From a virus (Duplodnaviria; Caudoviricetes): a DNA stretch of 60,442 nucleotides. Under the pieces are notes generated by a model, which was not told the DNA's origin, searched no databases, and saw nothing but the letters and a program-made list of their open reading frames with translations. The position numbers and the translations under genes are program-made. Shown here one piece after another: positions 37,907 through 47,403 of this stretch. How positions within the stretch are numbered: the first letter of the stretch is position 1; each line of letters opens with the position of its first letter. The stretch lies in the IMG/VR virus record IMGVR_UViG_3300035158_000136, positions 1-60,442 of that record, one strand, 5' to 3'.

Positions 37907-38893
37907 ATGAGTGGAACCACAGCAGTAGTTCCCATCTCCGACATTCGACCGAATCCGGTCGCCCTCCGCTCCGTTGATCGAGAGTCCGAAGACTATATCC
38001 AACTCCGGGACTCGATCGCCGATCCTTCGATCGGTATTCTGAACCCCATCAACGTTCGTGAGCGAACCGAAGACGTTGAAGGGACCACCGTTACGTTTTA
38101 CGAGATCATCGACGGCCTGCACCGGTACACGGCTGCTTCTGAGGTTGGACTCAGCGAGATCCCCGTCCTCGTCAAGAATCTTGACGAGACCGAGGCTCAC
38201 TTGGCTCAGATTATCGGCAACGCGATGCGTGTCGAGACGAAGCCGGTCCAGTACACGAAGCACTTGCAGCGCATCATTTCGGCCAACCCGACGTGGACGA
38301 TGGTCGATCTGGCGAATCGTGTTCACCGGAGCCCGACGTGGCTGAGCCAGCGTTTCAACTTGCTCAAGTTGGAGCAGCAGGTCCAGGCTCTCGTTGATGA
38401 AGGCAAGATCGCGGTATCGAACGCCGTTGTGTTGGCGAAGCTGCCTCACGAGGAGCAGATGAACTACATTGACGGTGCGATGTCCATGCCGACGACCGAG
38501 TTCGGCCCGCTCGTGACCACCCGCCTGAAGGAAATCAAGGAAGCCGAGAAGAAGGGTAAGGAAGCGAGCAAGCCTGAGTTCAAACCCACGGTTCGACTTC
38601 GCAAGAAGACCGATATTGAGTCTGAACTCGCCAGCCGCACTGTCGTGTCCTCGCTGGTCGCTGACTGCGACACCAAGGAAGACGCGGCTTACCTCGCCCT
38701 TCAGTGGGTGCTGAATCTTGATCCTGTCAGCGTGCAGGTGCAAGAGGCTGCTTGGAATGAGCGGCGTCAGCGTATCGAGGAAGAGAAGGCCAAGCGGAAG
38801 GCCGAGCGCGAAGAGAAGAAGGCGAAGGAAGCCGCCGAAGCCGCCGCGAAGGCCAAGGAAGAGTACGAGGCCAAGCAGGCAGCGCAAGACTGA
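37907..38893 (+). CDS. ParB-like protein 2 (ParB N-terminal + HTH + Lys/Glu/Ala coiled-coil tail)
   Basis: IRPNP..LR, GILNPINVR, YEIIDGLHRYTAA, GL.EIPV; HTH TMVDLANRVHRSPTWLSQRFNLLKL; strong codon bias. Confidence 0.9.
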   Translation: MSGTTAVVPISDIRPNPVALRSVDRESEDYIQLRDSIADPSIGILNPINVRERTEDVEGTTVTFYEIIDGLHRYTAASEVGLSEIPVLVKNLDETEAHLAQIIGNAMRVETKPVQYTKHLQRIISANPTWTMVDLANRVHRSPTWLSQRFNLLKLEQQVQALVDEGKIAVSNAVVLAKLPHEEQMNYIDGAMSMPTTEFGPLVTTRLKEIKEAEKKGKEASKPEFKPTVRLRKKTDIESELASRTVVSSLVADCDTKEDAAYLALQWVLNLDPVSVQVQEAAWNERRQRIEEEKAKRKAEREEKKAKEAAEAAAKAKEEYEAKQAAQD

Positions 38894-38909
38894 TTTCCAT
38901 CTCCCGGGC

Positions 38910-38953
38910 GCGGCCTGTGCGGCATGATGCCGCGCAGGTCGTTGCTTTTCTTT
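38910..38953 (+). terminator. Rho-independent terminator
   Basis: GGCCTGTGCGGCA-TGA-TGCCGCGCAGGTC followed by a T-rich tract. Confidence 0.75.
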
Positions 38954-39001
38954 GCCGGTTTCATTGGGTTCTTCTTTTAACCTTTCACTTCAGAGGTACA
39001 A

Positions 39002-39676
39002 ATGTCAGAAGACAAAGCTCTCGTTCCTGTTGAGTCTCTTGGTGGTGAAATGATTGCCGCGGATCAGGCGTTGCTGAACGACGTCGCGTCCGGCGGTACG
39101 TTCCTTCCCTATGTTCAATTGTTCACCACGAAGAGCAGTGCCGTCGCTGAGGGTAAAATCAGTGGCGGCAACTACGGTATCGTCCGCGACGGCAACATTA
39201 CTGATCTCGGCAAAGAGATCGATGTTGTCATCTTCGTTGTACGTGCTCGTGCTTTCCAGAAAGAAGAAGACGGCGAAATCACCGTCGTCTACGACACGGC
39301 TGATCCCGAGTACGTTCGTATCAAAGAACTCCAGGCCAGTGGCGTCGTTGGCGCAATGTGCGGCCCCGAGTTCCTTGTCTGGGTTCCTTCCGAGAACGTC
39401 TTTGCTACGCTGTTCTGCGGCTCCAAAACGATGAAGCGTGCGGCCCGCAAGTTCAGTCCGTTCCTCGGTGGAAAGGCGTGCAATCTCAAGTCTCGCCTGA
39501 TCGACAACGGAAAGTACAAGTGGCACGGACCCGTCATCGGTGCTTGTTCCGCGCTCCCCTCCGTTCTCCCCGACCCTGATGCGGTCGAGGATGAGATTCA
39601 GCGTTTCAAGAATCCTCCGAAGCTCAGCCCCGGTGAGAAGGTGGATGACAGCGACAAGGAGGACGTTGAGCGCTGA
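39002..39676 (+). CDS. Putative ssDNA-binding protein
   Basis: FLPYVQL...G.Y pattern, acidic C-terminus, strong codon bias, replication-module context. Confidence 0.5.
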   Translation: MSEDKALVPVESLGGEMIAADQALLNDVASGGTFLPYVQLFTTKSSAVAEGKISGGNYGIVRDGNITDLGKEIDVVIFVVRARAFQKEEDGEITVVYDTADPEYVRIKELQASGVVGAMCGPEFLVWVPSENVFATLFCGSKTMKRAARKFSPFLGGKACNLKSRLIDNGKYKWHGPVIGACSALPSVLPDPDAVEDEIQRFKNPPKLSPGEKVDDSDKEDVER

Positions 39677-40206
39677 TGTATGACGACCGAGTTGCTCCTA
39701 TTGCGTTGACAAATGTTGCTTGGCAACAATATCTACAAGTATGTACGGAGATACTCGGTCGTAGTCCTGCTAGGGGTACTGATGCTTCGCCCTCGAAGTT
39801 ATCCGACCTGGCTAAGTATGCGGCCAGCCTTGCTGAGTTCAAAATCGGTAAGGAAGTGGACGCCAAAGCACAGCTTAGGCGTCCAGGCCCGTATCTTCAG
39901 CATCTGTTCTTCTCGTTCATGGTCCTGAGTTCAAACTCAGTGATCTTGGAAATTGCTGAAAATACGAACCTGGACACTGTTTCAACGAAAGCTGACAAAC
40001 AACGACTTGCAATTGTTTCTGGAAATTTGGGCGAATGGCGACAAGCAGTGCTGACGTGCTGCTCTGAGAATGCACCCAAACGATTGCGTGCGCTGTTCAA
40101 CCAAATCAAAGCTATGTTCGAGAAACTTGGCTTTAGTGATGTTTGGCATGACTATCGGCAGAAATCACTCTCAGATGGAACCTTGATTCTAGAATACAAA
40201 ATATGA
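39676..40206 (+). CDS. Degenerate ThyX-like (flavin-dependent thymidylate synthase fold) protein
   Basis: LQHLFFSF resembles ThyX LEHxxFxF; IVSGNLGEWRQAV...C...A...LRAL resembles TxNxRxWxH; RHRxxSxxxxSxR is absent. Confidence 0.45.
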   Translation: MYDDRVAPIALTNVAWQQYLQVCTEILGRSPARGTDASPSKLSDLAKYAASLAEFKIGKEVDAKAQLRRPGPYLQHLFFSFMVLSSNSVILEIAENTNLDTVSTKADKQRLAIVSGNLGEWRQAVLTCCSENAPKRLRALFNQIKAMFEKLGFSDVWHDYRQKSLSDGTLILEYKI

Positions 40207-42161
40207 AAACAATCGAGACGAAGCTCGCCCTAGGGAAGCGCTGGTTTCCTGTGAAACTGGTGTATGTCGCAGATCGAATCTTCTTTCTCGCAGGATTTAG
40301 TAAAAAGTTAAATGCTGAAATCAAGATGATGGAGGGTCATGCGTACCACGGGTACGAGGGCGCTCCGCATCGTGATTTCGTTCTCAAGACTTTTGGCCGT
40401 GACAAACTCTGGTCCGCAAAGGATACGCAGCATAACGCTTTCCAACTGGCTTATCTTCAGGGTCACAAACCGTATGCCAGGTACAAGCAGGATTTGATTG
40501 AGACCACGATGGTTCGTGATTGTCTCATGAGCCATCAGTGTACCGCAGTACGTTTCTTTCTGACTCGCAAGCAGTGTATCCTAGCTGGCGAAATGGGCGT
40601 CGGCAAAACTCTATCCGAGATCGAGGCTCGCGAACAGGCTGATCCACATGGTTGCTGGTACGTCGCCCCGCGATCTGCTCTGGATGCCGTTGATCTTGAA
40701 CTCAAAAAGTGGAACGCCAGAATTCGACCGGAAATGATGACCGACAGAGGCTTGGTCAAGCGTATCCGGGAACTCGAAGGCATGGACATTGTTCCGCCGC
40801 AGTGGTTGACTCTGGATGAGTCGTCCATGTATAAGAATCCAACGTCGCAACGATCCCAGGCCGCGTACATGATCGCATGTGCAATGCGAGAGTATTGGGG
40901 AGACGATTGCTACATTGTCCTGATGACGGGCTCTCCAGCACCCAAAAGTCCACTGGATTGGTGGATGCAGTGCCACATCGCTCGTCCGGGTTATTTGATT
41001 GAGGGAGATTACAACAAACTACGAAGTCGCTTGGCCGTTGTGGTTGAACGCGATTTTGGTGCTGGTGCGTTTCCGCACATCGAGACATGGAAAGATCGAG
41101 ACGGTATATGTGACGTGTGTGGCAAGGAAGAAGGCGCGCCGGAGCACAATTCTGAGATGGCTCAGTTCTGCGATGACGAAGATGTCGCTATCCATGATTT
41201 CACACTCGCAGTCAATGAGGTTGCAAAATTACACCGCAGAATGAGCGGCCTTGTTCTAACGCAATTCAAGAAAGATTGCGTAGACTTGCCCGACAAGCGT
41301 TATGACAAGATACATCTTGAACCCACGAAGAAGCTCATCCAGATTGCTCGGACTATTGCCTCGACGGCTCCAAGCGTTGCTGAAGCGTTGGTCCGCCTTC
41401 GAACGCTATCTGACGGCTTCCTGTACGACCAGGAGAAGACAGGTGTTGAGACCTGCCCAATTTGCGAGGGCAAAAAGGAAATGATGGATTGGGTTATCAA
41501 ACCCGAGTTTGAACTCAATCTTCCACCGTTGCAACTCGATGAGTCCGAGGATGACTGGCGAGAACGACATTTTGATCGTAAACTCATTGAGTGCATTCGT
41601 TGCAGTGGTAGGGGTGAGGTAGACACGTTCACACGCTTCGCGAAAGAAGTTCAGTGTCCGAAGGAGGATGCCCTACGTGATCTGATTGAGCGACACGCAG
41701 AGGTTGGACGCTTGGTCGTGTACGCAGGATTCACTGGTTCCGTCGATCGCTGCGTCCGAATCTTCGAAGACATGAAGTGGGAAGTCTTCCGTTGGGACGG
41801 CCGTGGGAAGCATTGTTCTATTCCAGATGTCAACCCTCTTGAGTTATTCCAAAGCAATGACAATCGGAACATTGGGTTTGTTGGTCAGCCTGGTGCTGCT
41901 GGTATGGGTCTTACGCTCACTGCGTCGCCTTCGTGTGTGTACTGGTCGAACACTTTTAACGCTGTTGATCGGATACAGAGCGAAGATCGCATTCACCGCG
42001 TTGGTATGGATACTGTACGCGGTGCTACCATTATTGATCTTTTTCATCTACCAACAGATTACCTTGTTTATCAAAACATAGAGGAGAAGAGGGCGAGACA
42101 GGATCTAACAATGGGTATCGACATCTCAATGGCTCAAGTCTTGGAGAGTCTTAATGACTAA
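40203..42161 (+). CDS. SNF2-like SF2 helicase with Zn-finger insertions
   Basis: EMGVGKT, LDES, MTGSP, GMGLTLT, QSEDRIHRVG. Confidence 0.9.
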   Translation: MKTIETKLALGKRWFPVKLVYVADRIFFLAGFSKKLNAEIKMMEGHAYHGYEGAPHRDFVLKTFGRDKLWSAKDTQHNAFQLAYLQGHKPYARYKQDLIETTMVRDCLMSHQCTAVRFFLTRKQCILAGEMGVGKTLSEIEAREQADPHGCWYVAPRSALDAVDLELKKWNARIRPEMMTDRGLVKRIRELEGMDIVPPQWLTLDESSMYKNPTSQRSQAAYMIACAMREYWGDDCYIVLMTGSPAPKSPLDWWMQCHIARPGYLIEGDYNKLRSRLAVVVERDFGAGAFPHIETWKDRDGICDVCGKEEGAPEHNSEMAQFCDDEDVAIHDFTLAVNEVAKLHRRMSGLVLTQFKKDCVDLPDKRYDKIHLEPTKKLIQIARTIASTAPSVAEALVRLRTLSDGFLYDQEKTGVETCPICEGKKEMMDWVIKPEFELNLPPLQLDESEDDWRERHFDRKLIECIRCSGRGEVDTFTRFAKEVQCPKEDALRDLIERHAEVGRLVVYAGFTGSVDRCVRIFEDMKWEVFRWDGRGKHCSIPDVNPLELFQSNDNRNIGFVGQPGAAGMGLTLTASPSCVYWSNTFNAVDRIQSEDRIHRVGMDTVRGATIIDLFHLPTDYLVYQNIEEKRARQDLTMGIDISMAQVLESLND

Positions 42162-43437
42162 GTTCGAGAAACAACACTCCGATGAGCTGGTCGCTGCGGC
42201 AGCGGCCAAAGTTGCAAACGGAATGTCGATAGCTCAGGCAGCGCGTGAAGCTGAGATGCCTGTGTCATCGCTGAGTTACCGCTTGAACAAGATGGGTGTC
42301 TTCAGTAGAGGGGAGACACAAAAGAAGCAAACGAAAGCTGATTTGCCTGAGTCTGAACTCGGAATTGTGAATGAGCTAGAAGGCCGGATTCATCTGATGC
42401 AGGATGAACTCCGTGTCACGAAGGCTCAACTATCCGCAGCTCAAAAGAACCAGATGCTTTTGAAAGCTCTGGGAGAGCAGCTTCAGGAATTGGCACAACC
42501 GATTCCGCCACCATATCCATCCTGGCAGAAGTTAGTCAAAGGCCCTGTTAAGGAATCATGTGCTCTACATTTGAGCGACGGACATCATGATTCTGTGATC
42601 CTACCGCACCGTGTTCAGGATTTGGAGCGTCACGACTTCAATGTAGCAATGGCTCGCGGCGAGAATCTTGTCGATACGGTCTGTGATTTTACCCGCAATC
42701 GGATGGTGGGTTATGAGTTCAATACGCTTTGGGTTTTGGCCTACGGCGACCACACAGGCGGTGAGATTCATCGAGCCGTTGAACACAGTCATTTCGGCAA
42801 CATGATGAGGAATTGTTTGGCGATTGGTCAGTTTCATGCTCAAATGATCCGTGATCTCTCGGAGTGGTTCCCCGAGGTTAAGGTTCTGTATCTGAGTGGC
42901 AACCACGGCCGTCGCAAGGATGTTCGGAAGAAAGATTACCAGGCAGCCTGGGACAGTTGGGATTATCTGATCGCTGAGACATCACGTTCGTATTGCAAGG
43001 ATTTGTGGAACGTTGAATTTTTGATTCCAGACTCATTCTCCGCCGTCATCGAAATCGAAGGATTCTACTTCCACACTTCGCACGGCGATGACATTCGTGG
43101 TTGGGCTGGCGTGCCTTGGTATGGTATTGAACGCAAGACACGCCGACTCATGGCCCTGAACGCCGCCCATGATCGAAGGATCGACTACTACTGTATGGGC
43201 CATTTCCACACGCTCGGAACGCAGCAAGCGTTGAAGGGTGAGACTATAATCAATGGGGCCTGGATCGGGACTGATCCTTATGCCTTTAACAGCTTGGACG
43301 CATACAACGAGCCCATGCAGTTGTTGCATGGCGTCCACGAAAAACGCGGCATGACGTGGCGTTTGCCTATCAAGCTCCGCCGTGAAGTGGAAACACCTGA
43401 GCGTTATAAAGTTTCACTCGCATCGCCAGAGGGTTAA
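42154..43437 (+). CDS. HTH + coiled-coil + calcineurin-like metallophosphoesterase
   Basis: LSDGH, GDH, SGNHGR, HGD, GHFH; N-terminal SIAQAAREAEMPVSSLSYRL HTH. Confidence 0.85.
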   Translation: MTKFEKQHSDELVAAAAAKVANGMSIAQAAREAEMPVSSLSYRLNKMGVFSRGETQKKQTKADLPESELGIVNELEGRIHLMQDELRVTKAQLSAAQKNQMLLKALGEQLQELAQPIPPPYPSWQKLVKGPVKESCALHLSDGHHDSVILPHRVQDLERHDFNVAMARGENLVDTVCDFTRNRMVGYEFNTLWVLAYGDHTGGEIHRAVEHSHFGNMMRNCLAIGQFHAQMIRDLSEWFPEVKVLYLSGNHGRRKDVRKKDYQAAWDSWDYLIAETSRSYCKDLWNVEFLIPDSFSAVIEIEGFYFHTSHGDDIRGWAGVPWYGIERKTRRLMALNAAHDRRIDYYCMGHFHTLGTQQALKGETIINGAWIGTDPYAFNSLDAYNEPMQLLHGVHEKRGMTWRLPIKLRREVETPERYKVSLASPEG

Positions 43438-43438
43438 A

Positions 43439-44371
43439 ATGGACAACAACTATGAAGTACATGAGATTCCGATGGCTGAGATCCATTCGGATCAGGATTT
43501 CAACTGTCGTGGATTTATTGCTCCGATGGATGTTCATTCGCTTGCGAAGGATATTGACCAAAACGGTTTGCAGTTTCCGATCGCCGTGCAGCCAGCCGAA
43601 GAGATTGCGGACGAGTTGCCGGACGGAAAATGTTACAGAATTGTTGCCGGTCACAGACGACACCGTGCTTTTGAGATTCTTCGCAGAGATGTCATTCCGG
43701 CGATGATCAAACGTGGGCTCACGGAGGTTCAAGCTCGGGTGTTCAACCTCAGCGAGAACCTCCAACGGGCCGAACTCAACATTTTGCAGGAGGCGAAGGC
43801 GCTCCTCAAGCTCAAGGAATTGGGTCTTGTGCAGGAAGCGGCTGCGGAAGCTGTTGGGCGCACTCGATCTTGGGTGCAGATTCGATACAATCTGTTAGAA
43901 CTGCCGGAAGTGATTCAGGAGGAAGCTGCCGCGGGTCTTTTGAACCAGGCGCAGATTAAGCAGATTTACGGACTCAAGGGGACATCTGATGACCCGACGA
44001 AGGTACAGGAAGCGCAGTTTGCTGCTGTCCGGGCAATCAAGAATGCTCTGCTTCGTGGTGAGAAGGGAATCAGTGTCGCGAAGAAACCAGAAGCAGACCC
44101 CTACAAGAAGAAGCGACGAGCGAAGAATGAAGTTCAGGACATGATTCACCACATTGGTAAATCCGGTCCCGGCTTTGGCTTCGCTACACGTTGCCTGGCT
44201 TGGGCGAATGGTGAGATCAACACGGCTGAGTTGTATCTCGAAATCAAACACCAATGCCAGGAGATTGGAAAATCTTATGTCATTCCTGTTGCTGCGTTAG
44301 AGCAACAGAGCGCCGAGGTGGCAACTCCAGGCGACTGCAGCGCCCCTCTCTCGACGGAGAGTTGTACCTAG
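43439..44371 (+). CDS. ParB/Spo0J-like protein 3
   Basis: GLQFPIAV, YRIVAGHRRHRA, NLSENLQRAELN; HTH VQEAAAEAVGRTRSWVQIRYNLLELP. Confidence 0.9.
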   Translation: MDNNYEVHEIPMAEIHSDQDFNCRGFIAPMDVHSLAKDIDQNGLQFPIAVQPAEEIADELPDGKCYRIVAGHRRHRAFEILRRDVIPAMIKRGLTEVQARVFNLSENLQRAELNILQEAKALLKLKELGLVQEAAAEAVGRTRSWVQIRYNLLELPEVIQEEAAAGLLNQAQIKQIYGLKGTSDDPTKVQEAQFAAVRAIKNALLRGEKGISVAKKPEADPYKKKRRAKNEVQDMIHHIGKSGPGFGFATRCLAWANGEINTAELYLEIKHQCQEIGKSYVIPVAALEQQSAEVATPGDCSAPLSTESCT

Positions 44372-44386
44372 TCACGACGGTGGCTA

Positions 44387-44446
44387 GAGGCCAGCGGCGG
44401 GACCGGGTGCCGAAAGGGCATGGTCCCGCCGCAGCCTCGGCTTTTT
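44387..44446 (+). terminator. Long GC hairpin/terminator after ParB3
   Basis: GAGGC..GCGGCGGGACC..TGCC-GAAA-GGGCA..GGTCCCGCCGC.GCCTC followed by TTTTT. Confidence 0.7.
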
Positions 44447-44477
44447 GAACTTTGGAAGATGTGGTGTCTTCCCTTTT

Positions 44478-44549
44478 AGGGCTCTGCCAGTAGACAAGCC
44501 GCGGATGTCAGCTTAGAAGTGCAGCCTGGTGTAGTCAGGCCAGAGCCCT
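44478..44549 (+). ncRNA. tRNA-shaped element lacking an anticodon loop
   Basis: AGGGCTCTG/CAGAGCCCT acceptor-like stem, GACA..TGTC D-like arm, GCTT-AG-AAGT stub, GCCTG-GTGTAGT-CAGGC T-like arm. Confidence 0.45.
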
Positions 44550-44551
44550 TT

Positions 44552-44624
44552 GGGGCGTTAGTGTAGCGGTTAGCACACGGGGCCTTCAACACCGTATCAG
44601 TGGGTTCAAATCCCCTACGCCCCA
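44552..44624 (+). tRNA. tRNA, probable Glu (TTC), atypical
   Basis: Acceptor GGGGCGT/ACGCCCC, D arm GTGT-AGCGGTTA-GCAC, anticodon arm CGGGG-CCTTCAA-CACCG (one mismatch, C at position 33), GGTTCAAATCC T loop; no encoded CCA. Confidence 0.7.
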
Positions 44625-44641
44625 CTTGGTCCAAAGTGGGT

Positions 44642-44707
44642 GGGAGTGTCGTCTAACGGTAGGACATCACCCAGGTGAAAATGCTGGTTCAATTCCAGTC
44701 ACTCCGC
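44642..44707 (+). ncRNA. tRNA-like RNA/pseudo-tRNA with collapsed anticodon loop
   Basis: GGAGTG/CACTCC acceptor, GTC-TAACGGTAG-GAC D arm, TCACC-CA-GGTGA arm, GCTGG-TTCAATT-CCAGT T arm. Confidence 0.7.
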
Positions 44708-44732
44708 GACCCACATTTTGAGGTTAAAATCA

Positions 44733-44900
44733 ATGACAGCTTATATGAGATTGTCGGTTGCGATCTACAATTCGGTACGGACACCAAAAGAGATAGCCGA
44801 GATTTTGAAGGAAGCCTTGAAACACGAGGAAGAAATTGAGATTTTGGTTGATGAACACACCGGGGAATGTTCCGAAGATTTCTGTCTGGAGCACAGTTGA
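44733..44900 (+). CDS. Small hypothetical protein
   Basis: GAGG RBS; TGATG overlap with the next gene. Confidence 0.5.
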   Translation: MTAYMRLSVAIYNSVRTPKEIAEILKEALKHEEEIEILVDEHTGECSEDFCLEHS

Positions 44901-45118
44901 TGGAAAAAGACCTGTTCGATTGGGAAGATGTTGATATCATTGACGAAGGTCATCTTAAATTTTACCGTTGCCGACTTAAAGTTGGACTTGGAAATTTCAA
45001 GCTGGACATGGTTGTTCCGATAATCGAAATCAATTTCGACAGCGGAACAATGATCCTTTACGAAGCAGACGGTCAACAAATCTCAGAACACAAGCTCGGA
45101 CTCACAATCAAAATATGA
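44900..45118 (+). CDS. Small hypothetical protein
   Basis: Overlapping stop/start on both sides. Confidence 0.6.
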   Translation: MEKDLFDWEDVDIIDEGHLKFYRCRLKVGLGNFKLDMVVPIIEINFDSGTMILYEADGQQISEHKLGLTIKI

Positions 45119-47403
45119 TCTACTTCGATACTGAAACTTGTGGACTGCACGGCATGTGCGTCCTGATTCAATATGCCGAGGATGATGGTCCGGTTGTCCT
45201 GCATCATGTGTGGAAGCGGCCGATCCAAGAGACTTTGGAGCTGATCGAGTGGTTCTGCGAGAATGAGGTTTGTGGGTTCAATCTCACGTTTGATTGGTTC
45301 CATATTTCCAAACTCTATACGACCTTCAGCTTGTTCCATGACTACGATGCTTTGCCAGAGGATCACATTGAGGAACTGGCCGTTCTTGAAGAACGAGCAC
45401 GGACCTAAGGACTTTGCATCAAGCCGAAGGCCGCACTGGATCTGATGCTGCACGCCCGCAAGGGACCGTACCAGTGTCTCATGGCGCGAAAGGATATTCG
45501 AGTCAAGCGAGTTCCGTCCATCATGGCGGAGCGTCTGCGTTCTGAATTAGCAAACCGAGTTCAACTCGACGGTATTTACTTCAACAATCGGAAAGACCCG
45601 ACCGCTCCACAGTGGAACATTGCCGACAACGAAGACAGAGACGGGAACAAAGATCCTGAGTTCCGAGATATTGTACTCAAGTTCAAGCCGGACATGAGTC
45701 TAAAATCTCTCGCACAACATTTGCTCGGGGTAAAGGAAGAGTTAATTTTCAAGTTCACGGATGTTGATCCGCCCGCAAAACTGAGACCATATGAGGGAGG
45801 AGAAAATGGCGGATACGCGCCTTTTGCCTTGACTTGGGGTCGTCCTGGTCGATGGAATGGTACATGGCCAGAGGTCATTAAGTTCCATATTGATCATTGG
45901 CGGTATAACGAACTTGCCCAACGATACGCTACGAATGATGTCATTTACACGCGCGGTCTTCACAAACACGAGAAGTTTGCCGATGCTGTGGCCGGTGACG
46001 ATGATTCTGAACTCGCGTGTATGGTCGGCGCTGTAAGGTGGCGTGGGTACGCGGTTGATCTCGAAAAGGTCAAAGCCCAAAGATCCGACGCCCTTGTTCG
46101 TGCTGCCAAGGCTCCCATTGCCCCGACTGCGGTGAAACGCTGGCTCGGGGAAGTCATGGATGAGGATGAAATCAAAATACTTGATCTCCGAGGCACCAAA
46201 GATGTGGTGCTAGAAGAGATCGGCGGTAAGCTGGACGAAGAAACCCAAAAATTCACGGACTATTGGGAAGATGAAGAAGGAAACCCACACCCAGTCGCTG
46301 AGCGAGCACGAGCCGTCAGGGACGCCCGTAAAGCAAAGAAAGAGGTTGAGCTTTATGACAAGCTCATCCAAGCAGGGAGATTTCACGCATCATTTGTTGT
46401 CATCGGAACGCTTTCAACCCGGATGTCAGGCGCTGATGGTCTTAATCCGCAAGGCATCATAAGCTCGGAATACGTGAGAAGTTGCTTCACACTTGCTGAC
46501 CTTGGTATGCAGCTTGATGGTGGCGACTTCTGGTCCTTTGAGGTTGTTATCTCTTGTGCCGTTTACAAAGACAAAGGTCTTGAGGATGATCTCAAAAGTG
46601 GCAAGAAGATTCACGCTTTACTCGCTCAGAGCATTTACCCGGATCTTGATTATGATACTGTCATGCGTTCTAAGGGTGCAAAGTCGGGTATTGACTACTA
46701 TACTCAAGGAAAACGAGCAGTCTTCGGTTTGAACTATGGTGGCGACGCTAACACACTTGTCAATCGACTTGGTGTAACGAAGGAAGCAGCAGAAGAAACA
46801 TTCGACCGATTCTACAAACGATATCCGGGAGTTGAAAAAGCACGCAAACAAGTCATTGATTGGTTCTGCTCGATGCGTCAACCGGGTGGAATCGGCAGCA
46901 AGGTTATATGGCATGAACCACGAGACTACATTGAATCACTCCTCGGATTCCGACGGTACTTCACCCTCGAAAATCAAATATGTAAGGCCCTATACGACCT
47001 TGCCAACGACCCTCCTGACGAATGGAAGCAGGTCCGTATCAAGGTTGTGCGTCGAGATCGCGAGCAAACGGCTTCAGGCGCATGTCGAAGCGCTCTTTTT
47101 GGCACGGCCTTCGGATTGCAAGGCAACAATATGCGGGCTGCTGCAAACCACGTCATCCAGTCTACTGGGGCGGGGATTACGAAAGCAGTCGAGCGCAGAG
47201 TTTGGGATCTACAACCTGCGGGCGTGGCTCCTTGGCTCGTCGCTCCTATGAATGTCCATGACGAGATCATGGTTGCCGCTGATCCTAAAATCAGTAAACA
47301 AATCACTCGAACCGTTAAAGAAGAAGTCTCACGCTACGTTGACATTATTCCTCTGATTAAAATCGAATGGGAGGAAGACTTACAATCATGGGCGGAGAAA
47401 TAA
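45115..47403 (+). CDS. DNA polymerase, family A, interrupted by an in-frame TAA at 45406-45408
   Basis: ExoI FDTET and ExoII GFNLTFD in the 5' part; ExoIII YATND, motif A DFWSFE, motif B KRAVFGLNYG and motif C VHDE in the 3' part. Both ORFs are in the same frame. Confidence 0.9.

Noticed and set aside
37901-38887. 328-aa minus-strand ORF
   Set aside because: Antisense shadow of ParB2.
44552-47403. Stop-codon reassignment with a suppressor tRNA
   Set aside because: TAA, TAG and TGA all end well-defined genes, only one gene is interrupted, and the tRNA stem supports TTC rather than a suppressor anticodon.
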